Of a DNA stretch of 64,000 nucleotides, positions 1-13,323 are shown piece by piece. This stretch comes from Octopus sinensis (taxonomy: Eukaryota), in contig NC_042999.1 in NCBI RefSeq assembly GCF_006345805.1, positions 100,750,001 through 100,814,000 on the forward strand, written 5' to 3'. Each line of letters starts with the position of its first letter. Within the stretch, counting starts at the first letter, position 1. The translations under genes and the position numbers were made by a program. The notes under the pieces were generated by a model. The model worked only from the letters and a program-made list of their open reading frames with translations. It was not told where the DNA came from and ran no database searches.

Positions 1-82
1 CTATAGCAACACCATATCACCTTCCTCTCTCCTCCTTCCCAGACATCTGATCAATGACCTTTTCCATCTCTCACTTTCCCAA

Positions 83-122
83 ATGTCCTGAAGAAGGAGT
101 CATAGCTCTGAAGTATAGACAT
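83..122 (+). ncRNA. Degenerate type I hammerhead ribozyme relic (probably a Penelope-like element terminus)
   Basis: atgtc-CTGAAGA-a-ggag(tcatag)ctct-GAAG-tata-gacat. Stem I is atgtc/gacat, the CUGANGA box is intact and stem II pairs. GAAA is changed to GAAG and stem III is eroded. Confidence 0.45.
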
Positions 123-274
123 ATGAGGTAAAACTACAATTTTGTTTTGCTTTCTTTTCTTTTTGTAGTTTACTTTATATCTTCTTGCATTGTTCTCTCC
201 TTACACAACGATTCTCTTTAAAGTGACATCATACAATGCTTCATCAAACTATTCCATTTTAATATGTGTGTGTG

Positions 275-485
275 AGTGTGTGTCTTTGTGCTTGTGTTTG
301 TCTCCCAGCATAACTTAATGACCGGCATTGGTTTGTTTACATTCCTGTAACTTAGCGGTGTGGTAAAAGTGACAAGTAGAAAAGTACCAGATTTAAAAAA
401 AAGTGCTGTGCTCAATTAGTTTGACTAAAACCCTTCAAGGTTGTGCCCCAGCATGATCACAGCCCAGTGACTGAAATAAGTAAAA
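275..485 (+). mobile_element. Short interspersed repeat (SINE-like 3' portion); another copy on the minus strand at ~39975-40180
   Basis: The block cccttcaagg..tgccccagcatg..cacag.ccagtgactgaaa.aagtaaaa recurs reverse-complemented near 39975-40035 and degenerately near 23280-23340. Confidence 0.5.
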
Positions 486-1943
486 AATAAATTAAAAGAA
501 TAGAATAAAAAGATTCTGAGAATTACTTAGAAAATAGATTTTATATGACAATACTGGGGTGAGAGAACCTTTCTATTTTGTGTCACTTCATAGTTGCTGT
601 CCCTCAGTAAAGTAGGGTGCAGGGGTGATACTATAAAATAAACCTACTATATTTAATCATATCCATCTCTATGTTTGTGAGTTTACATCTTACCTTAGTT
701 AACATTGCTTATCAATTCTTCAGGGATGTAAAAATAACAGTGTTTTCACTCTATTTGATTTAATCAATAATGTTTTACCTTCCCACCTCACCGCTACAGA
801 ATTAGCCTCATGTTTTGTCCAAGGAAATCAATATGATAATTGTTAGAGTGTTTTGTTTTTAATGACTGGATTATTTTTTAATATTTGTTGTTTAACCTTT
901 AGAACAATTTTAATGAAGACTTTTGTGAAAAAATGACATATTCTATTCCATATGCTTTCTCATTTTTATCAATATGTTTATCTTCATTTTTGATGTAGCT
1001 TAATATTTCCAAGAATACTGATGTAAAATCTTGAGAAAGTAAATCAAAACATATTTATATGATGAACATCATAGTTAATGTGACATATGAGATTTGATGT
1101 AATACAGCTCAGTTTCTTTCCAACCAGTATGAACAGAAAACGCAGAAAACATTCATAGTTTTTATCCTTGTCCATGTTATAAAGCTGTATCAAAATACTT
1201 TAAAAAAAACAACAACAAAAAAAAAACAAAGAAACAAATAAACAAACAAAAATACCATTATTTGATGCTTTTTCTCAAGAGTTGGCTATCTCATATAAAA
1301 GTTCATATAATTGTTCTGAAAAGCAAAATGAACTGGATAAAATGGTAATGTACCACTCATAGATTGTGAGTTCAAATCCACTGCAGGCATTTTTTTGTGT
1401 TTCTATGCAAGTCATTTTATTCTACATTGCTTCAGTTCATCTAGCTGTCAAAAATATGCACAAGATTTCCTGGGAAAATATCCATCTTGTAGAAAGATAT
1501 TGCTGATAATGAAAGGTCAAAGAAATTGTCTGTGTTTGTCATGCCAACATGAGAAATATCATTGTCCTAATCTGACATCACTGCTGCTGCTACAACCAAC
1601 ATTGTCATTGATATCATCATCTACAACTTGCATTTGCAATAGGTATAACAACAGATGTACTTTATTTTCTGTTCCATCAATAGTGTCCTAAGTTCGTTAA
1701 CAGGTCTTGACCTTGATTTTGGAAGGATTCTTAGCAGAGGGCTCATTTATTTGTTTAATGTCTGTTTTTCCATTCAAGCATGAGTTGGACGGGGACTTAA
1801 TAGAAATAGAATTTTAAAGCCAGATACTTTTCCGGTTGCCAACTTTTACCTGTTTACATGTAAGAGATTATTTTTATTCGAAAGATTTCAAAAATCTGTT
1901 TAACTACCGGTCATAATGTCAACAAGAAATGTAAACATCCTGT

Positions 1944-1978
<35 letters not shown>

Positions 1979-1981
1979 AAA

Positions 1982-2133
1982 TGGCAGGCTTCCTACAGTT
2001 TCCACCTATCAAAATCACTCACAAAACATTGTTTGACCTGAGGCTACAGTAGTAGATACTTGCTCAATGAATGGCATGCTGGGACTGAGGATAGAACCAT
2101 GTGTTGCAAAGTGAACTCATTAACCACTCAGCC
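1982..2133 (-). mobile_element. tRNA-headed SINE; related copies at ~22950-23085 (+), ~35655-35810 (-), ~43800-43905 (+), ~58015-58140 (-)
   Basis: The minus strand begins ggctgagtggttaatgag (A-box-like). The body cttgcccaag..g.ctatag..ccactcacaagg is shared between the listed loci. Confidence 0.5.
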
Positions 2134-2384
2134 TTCATGATTATAAGTTCTGTACTCTACTGTAATTTCTTCAACTCTGTAATTATCAAAAGCAAAACTG
2201 GCTCCAATGGAATTTGAACATGGAACAAAGGAACACAACTGCATAAACAAGACATTTTATTCAGGTTCTATGATTTTAGCTCTGCCTGTCCTGCTCTGAC
2301 TAAATAATAATAATGGAAAGTAAAGCATAAATTTTTGAATTAACATTGAATATTTTTAGAGAGTCATAAGTCAGAATTTGTGAG

Positions 2385-2605
2385 TTGTTTAGCCTCAGAT
2401 CAACCTTTATGAAACAGACTGATAATCAAAAGTACTCCAAACGTATTTTGATAATCAGAAGTATTCTCAAACAGCCAGTGTATCTTGGACTTCATTATCC
2501 AATGTATCCTTTAGTTTATTTTTAAAACAGCAGAGTGTAGTTTAAGGTAAATTTGGTTTCTATTTCTGACAGGTTTAATAACTACATAGAGACTTCCCTG
2601 TTGGT
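2385..2605. mobile_element. Dispersed repeat family; copies at ~22630-22790, 25500-25670, 31280-31470, 47395-47585, 58645-58795
   Basis: Shared motifs tgtttagcc..aggtcagccctgat..gacctatgatcaaag and ga.atttgg.tgctatttctagca at all listed loci. Confidence 0.5.
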
Positions 2606-4017
2606 TTATTTATGAGGTATATTGCTATATTATTAGCTATTTGTAACAACCAGTGCTAAGCTGTATGAAATTAATGATATTCATGAATTTAGAAAAGTTC
2701 ATATGCCATATGGAGAACAATGATCTGATGTCCTGGAACTAACACTTTGAGAGAAAAAAAATTGTTTTTAACTGTTGAAAATATGTGACACATCTCTCCT
2801 CCCCTACCTCCAACATACATAGAATCCACTGTTTTCACCACTCACCTCTCACATGGCCAAAAGTAACAATGTATTCTAGTTACTTTGGTTCAAAGTTTCA
2901 CTAATCTATTGCTCTAAGTTCATCTGCAGCTTATATATCACTGTCAACTATTTGGTTGTCTCACTCTCTGTACTGAAGACATCTATTTCACCTCATATCT
3001 CTCTGAAATCATCATAATTCAATGTATATAACCAGTATTCCTTCTAAGTTGTGTGCTTGTGTGTAGTGCACATTTTACAACTTAGTGCTTAAAGGATAAA
3101 AATGTGCACACACAGGTTTCAAGATGAAATCAAATTATTCTTTTAATTGGAGAGATTTAAGCATTGGTTACTCGCATGGATGTACACATACTTTGCAAAG
3201 GAAGACAAAGTTTGCACATAGAAAATTACTGGGCATCTCACAGGCAAAAATTAGAGGGGACATTGTATGTAACATACCAAAACTACTGGTGCAGAAGCCA
3301 GACAATTTCCTATTTTAAGCTGTTTGTACTAGCTAGTCTCCGTACCCACCTATATAATTGCCAGAAATATCAGAAGACCAAATATGCCTGATTTCTTTCT
3401 TAGTATTTAACCCATGTAATACAGCCACTGCATCCATTGTACTACAGAAGTAATATACTCTACATCCTCCTGCAACACAATGCCTCTTACCTTCTGAATC
3501 CTCTGATATTTTAGTCAGTTAACCGATTGAAGCTTTTCTTTTTCTCTAATGACAGCCATTGGCAGCAAATGAATCAGCTAAGTTGGTAACTCTAATCATA
3601 TGTCTTTTAACATACCTCACACAAATGAAGCCAAAATTTTCAACACAAGTGAAGCCTATAATTTCAACAAATAAGTCATAAGACTTATGAAGATCTTCTG
3701 GCCAAACACACTTTTACCCAAATGATTCTGTAGTACTCCTGCTAAAAAACATTCACATTTCCTTCTTGCTTTGCTTTGAAACTCAATATATACACAACAA
3801 TATAACTATCTCCATAGACCAGTCTAACAACAGTATTCATACTCATCTCATGGCAAAAACCTTCTGTAAATACTTCAGCTTAACAAAGTAACAAATCAAC
3901 AATGTCTCCTCCATCAACAGAGCACTCTAAAGCTTAGCTCTTACCATTCACATGCTTTTCGATCACTCTCTCTCTCTCTCTCACAGCCACCTCTATTTCT
4001 CTTTCTCCTCCTCTCTC

Positions 4018-6075
4018 ATCATCATCATCATCATCATTGTTTAATGTCCGTTTGTGATGCTGGCATGGATTGGACAGTTGGACAGGGCTGGCAACGACCC
4101 ACGCATGAATGGTGCTTATTGCGTACTACCAGCACCAACTAGTCAGGTGGCACTGACATCGGCCACAACTACAATTTCCATTTGATTGTGATTTGATTTT
4201 TGATTTTGATTTTGAATTTGACTCAATAGGTCTTCAAGCACAGCGTGTCACCTGACGATTCAAAGGTACTTTTTAAATGGGCTGTTTATGTAACACTGGT
4301 ATAGGCTACAGCTGTGATCTCACTTTATTTGCTGGGTCTTATCACTTGTAGCATATCTCCAGAGGTCTCGGTCTCTTGTCATTGCCTCTGTGAGGCCAAC
4401 ATTTGAAGGTCATGCTTCACCACCTCATCCCATATCTTCCTGGGTCTCCCTCTTCCATGGGTTCCCTCCACTGTTAGTTGTTAGGGTGTGACACTTCTTC
4501 ACACAGCTCTCCTCATCCATATGCAACACAGGACCACACGAGCACAGTCATCTCTCTTGTACACCACATCTGATGCTTCTTATGTCCACCATTTCTCTCA
4601 GGGTGCTTACACTCTGTCGTGTGTGCACACTAACATTACACATCCAGCAGATCATACTAGCTTCATTTCTTTTAAGCCTACACGTCTTCAGCAGTCATGG
4701 TGCGTGTTTTACTGCTGTGTAGTATGGCAGTGTGCACACATGCATTATACAATCTACCTTTCACTCTGAACGAGAGGCCCTTTGTCACCAATAGAAGTAG
4801 GAGCTTTCTGAACTTTGCCCAGGCTATTCTTATTCTAGTGGCAATGCTTGCCGAGCATCAATCTCCACTACAGACTTGGTCACCTAGGTAGCGGAAGCTA
4901 TCAACTACTTGTAGTTTCTGCCCCTGGCATATGATAGAATCTGTTTTCTAAGCATCTGCGGTGTTTATTGCTCCTGTGCATCACAAAAGCTGTCATTCCA
5001 GTTAACCTTCCTTTGATGTTGCTGCATCTCTTACGCATCAATAGCTTACACTGGTACATCTTATAGAGTTTCTACCTACACATTTTCTACAGATAGAGCA
5101 GGTTTGTGATGTGTTCACCTTCCTACTTACTAGGACTTTGGTTTTTGCAACATTGAATCTAAGGCCTTTTGATTTTAAACCTTGCTTCCACACCTGAAAT
5201 TTCTTCACTAGTTCTGGTAGTGATTCCACTATGAGAGCAAGGTCATCAGCATAGAGAAGCTTCCAGGGGCAACCTGTCTTGAATTCCTTTGCTTTGTTAT
5301 TGCCGGGAGGACTATGAGGGGTCCGAGGGCTGATCGTTGGTGAACCCTACTTCTACCTTGAATTCTTCATTATACTCATTGCTGACCCTTACCTTACTAA
5401 TGGAATCCCTGTACAGGGCCTGCACAGCTCTTATCAATCACTCATCAATTCCTAGTTTCCGCATCACGCACCAGATAAGGAATCAGAGGACCCTGTCAAA
5501 GGCTTTCTCCAAGTCAACAAAAACTAAGTGTAGGGGTTCATCTTTGGCTAAGTATTTTTTCTGCAGTTGCCTTACCAGGAATATAGCATCAGTGGTGCTT
5601 CTACCTGGCACAAAACTAAACTGCATTTCATCTAAGCAGGCTCTCTCTCTAATTAGTTGGGCTTTGACCCTCTCTGTGACTTTCACCACCTGATCCAGCA
5701 GTTTGATACCCCTGTAGTTATTTCTGTCTAAAGCATCACCTTTACCTTTGTAGCAGTTGCTTATGGTGCTGCTACACCAGTCATTGGGTTTGACTCTTTC
5801 GTGAACTACCTGGTTTACAATACGGGTGACTAGACCATAATCCATACCACCAGATATTTTAAGCATCTCAGCAGTGATTCCTGATGGGCCGGGGCTTTTC
5901 CTGACTTTATCTACCAGGGTGCTATCGATTTGGGTAGCTGGTCCCTCTACTGGGTCAACAATTGGCAGGCTCTCCTCCTCCCATTCATTCTCCACATTCA
6001 ACAGCCTTTCATAATGGCTTCTCCAAGCCTCATTCTTTGCAGAATCATTAAAAGCAAGTGCACCATCATCCATGT
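4018..6075 (-). mobile_element. 5'-truncated, decayed RTE-clade LINE (reverse transcriptase pseudogene with 3' UTR and (GAT)n tail)
   Basis: ORF 5483-6075 reads KSPGPSGITAEMLK, YKGKGDALDRNNYRGIKLL, QFSFVPGRSTTDAIF, LVFVDLEKAFDRV. LLYADDLALI lies at ~5230-5260, then VDSFRYLG..RIRIAWAKFRKL..KGRLYNACV. Stops and frameshifts are present. The (cat)n run at 4018-4037 on + is the 3' tail. Confidence 0.9.
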
Positions 6076-6079
6076 GAGT

Positions 6080-6435
6080 GAAGGTGCATGGCTCAGTGAT
6101 TAGAGCATGAAGCTTACAATCATGAAGTTGTGAGTTCGATTCCTGGACCGGGCTGCATGTTGTGTTCTTGAGCAAAACACTTTATTCCATGTTGCTCCAG
6201 TTCACTCAGTTGTAGAAATGAGTTGCAATGTCACTGGTGCCAAGCTGTATGGGCCTTTGCCTCTCCCTTGCATAACATCAGTGGCATGGAGAGGAGAAGC
6301 TGGTATGCATGGGTGACTGCTGGTCTTCCATAAAAATAACCCTAGGTTGTGCATTCACCGGTGAGGTGCCTTTCTGCCCAGACTTGTACCTTGAAGGGGA
6401 ACCTCTTAGGTGCACCCATGGTCATTTATGACCGA
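6080..6435 (+). mobile_element. tRNA-derived SINE abutting the 5' end of the RTE fragment
   Basis: A-box TGGCTCAGTGA and B-box GAGTTCGATTCC, then tgtgttcttgagcaa..ttgctccagttcactcag. Matches copies at 34192-34535 and 32720-32970. Confidence 0.8.
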
Positions 6436-6458
6436 CAGAATTGAATTAGAGTTATATT

Positions 6459-6490
<32 letters not shown>

Positions 6491-6491
<1 letters not shown>

Positions 6492-7290
6492 CTAGCAGAG
6501 GTACCTGACATTGCTTGGTATTAAAATGGCATAGTTTGTATATATATTACATGTATATTGAAACAGGTGATACTGGAAAGTGCAGCATTGATGACAAAAC
6601 ATTTGTGGAGTAAATAATGGGCTAATTCGACTAAGCGACATGTCAATCGTCCGTTTGAAGTATTCCAGGCCCTAAGTTGTTGGGGAAAATTGGGGTTGGG
6701 GGCATGTGTATGCCTTTGCTGATCTTAGGAAAGTCCCATTTCCCTTCACTATTGAGACTCCATTAATTCAAGGGTAAATATGTAATTATAAATACCTTGC
6801 AACCTTGCAACTGCTGCAATAATCATGAATTGGGAATTGAACAATAAATGTGCATTGTTATATATCTTGGACCTGCTACTTAATTATTTTTTGTCAAGAG
6901 TTTCACCTCCAGCAGTTCATTATGTCAGTTAGCATACACTGACATAATTCTGCTGTTATGGCGGTAAAGACAGAAAGTTGCCGATTCATAATGTTGTTCA
7001 CATTAGGATATGAATTATTCATTTATTTATCACAGTAGAATTAAAAGTGAAAGAATAAAAGTGAAACAATATTATATGACATTACAATATAGATCTTATT
7101 CTTTCACTTTTGACATGTAATACTGAACCAGTGCTAATGTTATATTGTTTTAATCCAAAAGGAAAAAGAAAATACATGTTGACACTCATGGGGGCTGATA
7201 CTATTACCTTGTAAAATTTGATTTGATTTGGTCAAGTCGTTTGAAAATGCATAGAGAACAGACAGAGAAAGAATTTTATATATATAGACA
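6491..7290 (+). mobile_element. Putative non-autonomous Helitron/Helentron-like element beside a (TA)n tract; a similar 3' end at ~8040-8212
   Basis: Starts actagcag..cctgacattgcttgg after (TA)n. Ends aaatttgatttgatttggtcaag..acagacagagaaagaattttatatatatag, a layout resembling DINE/HINE elements. No intact ORF. Confidence 0.35.
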
Positions 7291-8330
7291 AGGAAGTCAA
7301 TTTGTAGACAGATCTTACAAACCTTGTTTGAGCATATAAAGCTCCAGAAGAAAATAGCTTGAGTGAAAAAACTTGAGCCACTTTAGGATAGCTTTTTCCA
7401 ATGCATGACTGCTCAGTGGCATGGTTGAAATATCATTGGTTAGCAATAAAGGCTTATCAGTTGTATGTGACCCATAGCGGTCATATGCATGACTGCACGC
7501 ACAATGTTTTTCAATAGAGGGGGAAATGTAAATAGTGTATTCACATAGACAGAATGCAAAAAATTTAGAATAAGTGAAGTAATGTTGTAGGGAGAGCATA
7601 CAAATACTGTAAAGACATAGATATTTATGCATGATAAAACTGAAATACACTGAAGTCAATTTTAAGGCAGATGTGGCAAAACTGAATTTAAACACACTGG
7701 GTGAACAAAAATTTAAAGTAACTAAATTATTTTTCTGGGAGAACATACAAAAACCGTAACAACAGAGATTTTTATGCACAACTAACTTTAACAACACGGA
7801 TGTCAGTTTGTAGACAGAAGTTAGTGTGTAAGTTAAAGGGAGAGAGAGAGAGAGAGAGTGTGAAAGAAACAGACATAAGCTAAAAGAGAGGAACTATTAC
7901 AGAGAGTGAGAGAGAATATGCAAAAGCAAGGGAAACAGAGAATAACAAAAAGAGAGAGAAGAGAGAAATAAACAGAGAGTAAAGAGAGAGAATCAGTTGA
8001 AAACTGTAGACGTTTTTAGAGTAAAGCCCATGTAAAACACTGTTTTCCCTAGTTTCTCACTTTGTGTGGGATCTCTGGGCAAAATGTTACAGTTCATGAC
8101 TATCCTTGGCACATAAGTAATATGTGTAAAGTTTGGTGAAATTTGGTTGAAAACTGTAGAAATGCATACGTACATTACACTCAGACATCCTTTGTTTTAT
8201 ATATATATAGATATATATTAAAGTAACAAAGTTAATGTCTGGTCATAGAGCAACCAATGGTTTTGCATCCACGAAGGCTGTAGCTTTGCAGACTCTAGTC
8301 TGAAGACAATTTTAACTCTTCACCTGAAGA

Positions 8331-8412
8331 CATTACACATCCAGCAGATCATACTAGCTTCATTTCTTTCAAGCCTACACATGTCTTTAGCAGTCATGCC
8401 CCATGTTTCACT
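8331..8412 (-). mobile_element. Short RTE LINE fragment
   Basis: Near-identical to 4634-4715 (cattacacatccagcagatcatactagcttcatttctt..aagcctacac). Confidence 0.75.
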
Positions 8413-9023
8413 GTTGTTTTGAATTAATTATGCATTATCTTGTAGCTGCAAGGTTTTGATGATGTGATTGCATATTTTGAGAATGACAATGTGTAAAAGG
8501 CTAGATCTAGCTGGTATGAACATAAAAACAGGTAAAATATTTTTGTTGGACATGGCTGGTTTAAATGCTAAAAGGTCAAGTTCCTTCAAGTTTTTTTTAT
8601 TAAATTGATGGTTGACAGTTGGTGCAACCATGAACAAAGGGTTTTTTTCTCCTATATTTCCTTCAGTTCCAAGAAAGTTAATTCCATGTTGAACATTTTA
8701 ATGTAGTTTTTTCTCATAAGATAGCTTCATCTTGTTAGGTATAAATATTTGTTTTTGTTTCTTTTTATATTTGTCCATTCTGGAGATTTTAATACCCACT
8801 CTTGTGATTACTGGTCACAGAGATTCTTTCTTTTTACTACCTGATGAGTGATATAGTGCATAGAACATTCTTGAGGTAAGATCACACATATTTTCTTCAT
8901 ATCATATGTCAGAGGTTAGCTTCTTTTTTCTGTTCTTTCACTTTGTAGTTTTGGCATCTTTTCTAAAAAATACCATACTAAAATTATTTATGGTATATTC
9001 TGGAGCACACAAGCATACACACA

Positions 9024-9218
9024 TTCTTTTCTACTCTAGGCACAATGTCCGAAATTTTTGGGGAGGGGGCCAGTCAATTAGATCGACCCTGGTACACAAC
9101 TGGTACTTAATTTATTGACTCCAAAAGGATGAAAGGCAAAGTTGAACTCAGAACGTAAAGACAAATGAAATACCACTAAACATTTTGCCCAGCATGCTAA
9201 TGTTTCTGCCAGCTTGCC
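9024..9218 (-). mobile_element. Abundant ~200-bp SINE (family A)
   Basis: Reverse complement of the consensus ggcgagctggcagaa.cgttagcatgc..gaaatgcttagc..ttctgagttcaaatt..gactttgcctttcatcctt..aagtaccagttg..ggccttgtgcctatagtagaaagg, seen about 15 times in the window. Confidence 0.8.
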
Positions 9219-9299
9219 AATTTAGCATACACACATATTATAAAGTCATTTTGACTAGAACTTAAAGTTTCAATTGACTAGAAAAAATTTTGCTTCTAT

Positions 9300-9515
9300 T
9301 TCATGCCTGTGCCATGTAAAAAGCATTTGTGCTGGTGCTACATAGAAAACACCCAGCACACTCTGTAAAGTGGTAGGCATTAGGCAGGGCATCCAACCAT
9401 AGGTACCATGTCATAACAGACAATTAGAGTCTGAGCAGCTCTCTGACTGGCAGCTCCCATTAAACTGTCCAACCCATGCCAATATGGAAAACAAATGTTA
9501 AATGATGATGATGAT
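9300..9515 (+). mobile_element. Repeat sharing the RTE-like 3' end and (ATG)n tail (family B); other copies at ~25260-25430, 37840-38040, 38262-38490, 41895-42075, 48160-48420, 56034-56215, 57575-57900
   Basis: ggcattagg.agggcatcca.cc.taga.accatg..aaactgtccaacccatgcca.catggaaaa..gttaaatgatgatgatg. The same 3' end is found on the RTE at 4018-4095. Confidence 0.7.
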
Positions 9516-10780
9516 ATTTATTTAGGACAAAAGATGGAGAACTTCAGAAGAAGAAGAAGTGGAGAATAAGGTAGTGAACTACAGTTGTAATTTAGATTCT
9601 AAATAAAAGGAGTTTTTATTTTATTAGGAGTAGTAATATGATCAATGGTCAGGTAAATAAATTCAAAGGTAGGCAAAAGATGGTGAGCAAGTGAGAAAGA
9701 ACAAAGAAAGAATATATAGAAATAAATAAAATATGTGCACATACAGGAAAATAGCACATAGGATGGATCCATGATCATTCAGTATGTGAGAGCAGAAACT
9801 GTCTGGACTACTGTTCACATTTATGGTTGTCGCACAGTATTAAACAGCAAAACTAGAACCGCTGTTTATGAAAAAGATTGTGTCAAAGCAAGTTACTGGG
9901 GGATGTTGAAAGCGCTTAAATTCTATTCACTATAGAGAGAAATAGGAAAGATATACAATGGACTATATACATAGAAGATCCTTTAAGGGCTGGCTTGCAT
10001 CAAACTTCAGTATTTAGAAATATATCAATCCAAAAAGTAGTCATTGCTTCACAAACCCATAAGTTCTACCTTTCCCTTTGAAAGTCAGGACCTTGTTCTA
10101 CAATAGACCAATGTTCAAAGGCCCATAGCATCAAAACAAACTGAGCAATCTACATGAAATGGATATAAATGTATTCAAAAGGTATCTGGATAATATACAT
10201 TATGAGGGCAGTAGCATTAAATTCCCTCATTCACCAAAAGCTAAGTACTGTAGAAAAGTACTAATTGCAGAGGCATTGCTTCAGCATGGTTACAGCTGTT
10301 GGGCTGGAAATAAAAAAAGAATAAACAAAATTTTGCCCACTGGAATTTAAAACAATGTGGTTACAAAGTGAACCTTGTAAGCACATACATAAAGTGAGCC
10401 TTGTAAACACATGCACATACTCACACACACACAAAAACTTACATTTCAACCGTAGCTGCACACACACCCACACATACAAGAGCAAGGGGCAGAGATAGGG
10501 GAGATAGAGAGAGAGGGGAGGTTGAGAAAGAAAGTAAACAAGACAAAAACGAAAAGAGAAAAACTAATTCATGAAGTGTGAAGTAGTTGAACTCGCAATG
10601 CCTGATTGATATTTTAAAATGTCGTTTTTTTTAAATTTTTTTATTTCATAACCAATCAAAAATATAAAAAATTAAGCATTTTACTCTTCAATTAGGAATT
10701 ATTATAATTTGCAGACACAAAAATAAAAAAAATAAAAAATAAAGGAATTACAATACACAATGTATATAAGTGTATGTATG

Positions 10781-10783
<3 letters not shown>

Positions 10784-10853
<70 letters not shown>

Positions 10854-10958
10854 AATAATCACCTGTATATATAATGATATATATACATATGTATATTTTG
10901 GGAGTGTTTTCAGTGTTATGTATATATATATACACATATATATTATGTATATGTACTT

Positions 10959-11020
<62 letters not shown>
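10784..11020. repeat. (TA)n microsatellite cluster
   Basis: Long TA dinucleotide runs read directly. Confidence 0.9.
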
Positions 11021-11029
<9 letters not shown>

Positions 11030-11294
11030 TAAATTAGAGATAAAACCACTATCAGGCAAATCAAATTTATAAGTTTAAATTATTAATTTAAATAATTTTT
11101 AAAATCTTAACTTAATTTAAATATTTTAATTTGGAATTTTATTTCTATGTATTGGCTTATGTTTTTCACTGTTTGATTTGCCTGATAGTGGTTTTATCTC
11201 TAATTTAATATAATATATATATATATTTATACCATAAAATTAGATTTAATCCTAAATCTAATTTTTCCCTGTAAGTTTGGATTTGCTCCCTAAT

Positions 11295-11310
<16 letters not shown>
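11021..11310. mobile_element. Fold-back element: perfect 45-bp inverted repeat, a second 13-bp hairpin and a (TAT)n end, within (TA)n
   Basis: 11021-11065 is the exact reverse complement of 11172-11216. aaaattagattta-atcc-taaatctaatttt at 11236-11265. Confidence 0.75.
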
Positions 11311-11343
<33 letters not shown>

Positions 11344-11554
11344 TATGCATATGTACTATATATGTATATATATATATATTATATATATATATATATATAT
11401 ACATATACATACATACACACACACACAAATGCATTTATGTGTTCATATACATGCACACACATGCATGACAGGGTACTGAATGTTTATATCATGCTTAATG
11501 ATAGCTTTTATTTTATATATATATTACATACATTATATATATATATATATAGAA

Positions 11555-11601
<47 letters not shown>

Positions 11602-12024
11602 GTGTGTATATATACACACATACATATACACATAAACGAACATACAAGAAATATTTACAAATGTGTTTACATACAAATGTATGTAACTGACAGAAGAAAG
11701 TTTTCAAAAACAATTTTAAGCACAGTCAACTGGGAGGAAAAAAAATAAATATTTTGGCAAATTTCTAACAAGAATTACAGAGGTTTAATTTAAATATACA
11801 GCCATTAGTTATAGCAGCGCAATTGACCTGCGTATGTTTGCACATACATACACACACACTCCTACAGTATGTATATGTGCATGTGTGTCTGTGTGTATAA
11901 TACATGCATACATTTATTTACATACACATATTAACTACATCCATTTCTACATACATACACATAATAGTGAGTATATGTGTGTGTGAATATATGTTTGTGT
12001 GTGTATATATGTGTCTGTATATAT

Positions 12025-12074
<50 letters not shown>

Positions 12075-12771
12075 ATATGTATCTATATGTGTCTGTGTGT
12101 GAGTATACTTATATATATATATTTATATACACATAAATATCTGTAACGTGTAAGCAAATACAACCTGTTGCATGTTCAGGTTGTTGGCAGCTAAACCAGC
12201 ACCGTCACCAAGGACCTAACATTTACTGCAGATGTGAATACCGAGTTTTGTGTTTAGTGTGAGATACCTCACCCCATAGGTAGATAGTTGCTCTTTAGTT
12301 CTGATTGACAAACTATATAGATGGAAAATCCTTATATGAAAGACTCAGTTTCTATATGTATGTATATTTTGAATGTGGGCATAAAGAGGCTCAGGTTTAT
12401 CACTGGATACGCAGTAAAAATTCCAAAATCAAATCAATTGTGGGTCTCCCCTTATTGGAAAAATTTATGAGAAAGCTCTCTAATATATAATCTGAGGCTG
12501 AGAATAGTAACCAGCCTTCTTACTGTTGCTTGTCATTGGTTATTCAATTGTGAGTACTGAGAGAATGACATACATATTGTACAAATGAATGCCGCTGTAA
12601 TTCAATAATAAACCAATGTATCATCACAGGACGGCTATCATCTGACAAGATGAAGCAATTACCATACACACACTAACACACATACACATGTACACACAAT
12701 AAAGTCATTTTGACTGTCAGTCAAACACTTATGAAGGGAATGTTCTGCAGTGCAAGATGTAAGATATAAAA

Positions 12772-12802
<31 letters not shown>

Positions 12803-12811
12803 TAATAATAA

Positions 12812-13025
12812 TTCTTTCTACTCTAGGCACAAGGCCTGAAATTTTGAAGGAAGGGATAGTTGGTTACACTGATCCTAGTGCTTAACTGGTACTTATTTTA
12901 TAGTCCCTGAAGCGATGAAAGGCAAACTTGACCGTGGCAGGAATTGAGCTTAAAATATAATGAGTTGAAAGAAATGCAACTAAGTATTTTGTTCAGCATG
13001 ATAACAAATCTGCCAGTTCGCTGCC

Positions 13026-13065
<40 letters not shown>

Positions 13066-13287
13066 TAATAATAATGGTTTCAAATTTTGCCACAAGGGTA
13101 GCAATTTTGGGGTAGGGAATGAGTTGATTACATCGACACCAGGGTTCAACTGGTACTTATTTTACTGATCCCAAAAGGATGAAAGGCAATGTCAATCTTG
13201 GCGGAATTTGAACTCAGAATGTAGCAATAGGCAAAATACTGCTAAGCATTTTGCCTGGTGTGCTAACGATTCTGCTAGCTCACCATC

Positions 13288-13289
<2 letters not shown>
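12812..13289 (-). mobile_element. Two tandem family-A SINEs separated by (AAT)n
   Basis: Copies at ~12812-13027 and ~13076-13289 match the reverse complement of the family A consensus. Confidence 0.8.

Positions 13290-13323
<34 letters not shown>

Noticed and set aside
6085-6150. tRNA gene
   Set aside because: A- and B-boxes are present, but there is no cloverleaf and the sequence continues into a multi-copy SINE body.
5483-6175. 230-aa ORF as an intact gene
   Set aside because: Chimeric: the first ~33 codons come from the antisense SINE and the rest is a broken RTE reverse transcriptase.
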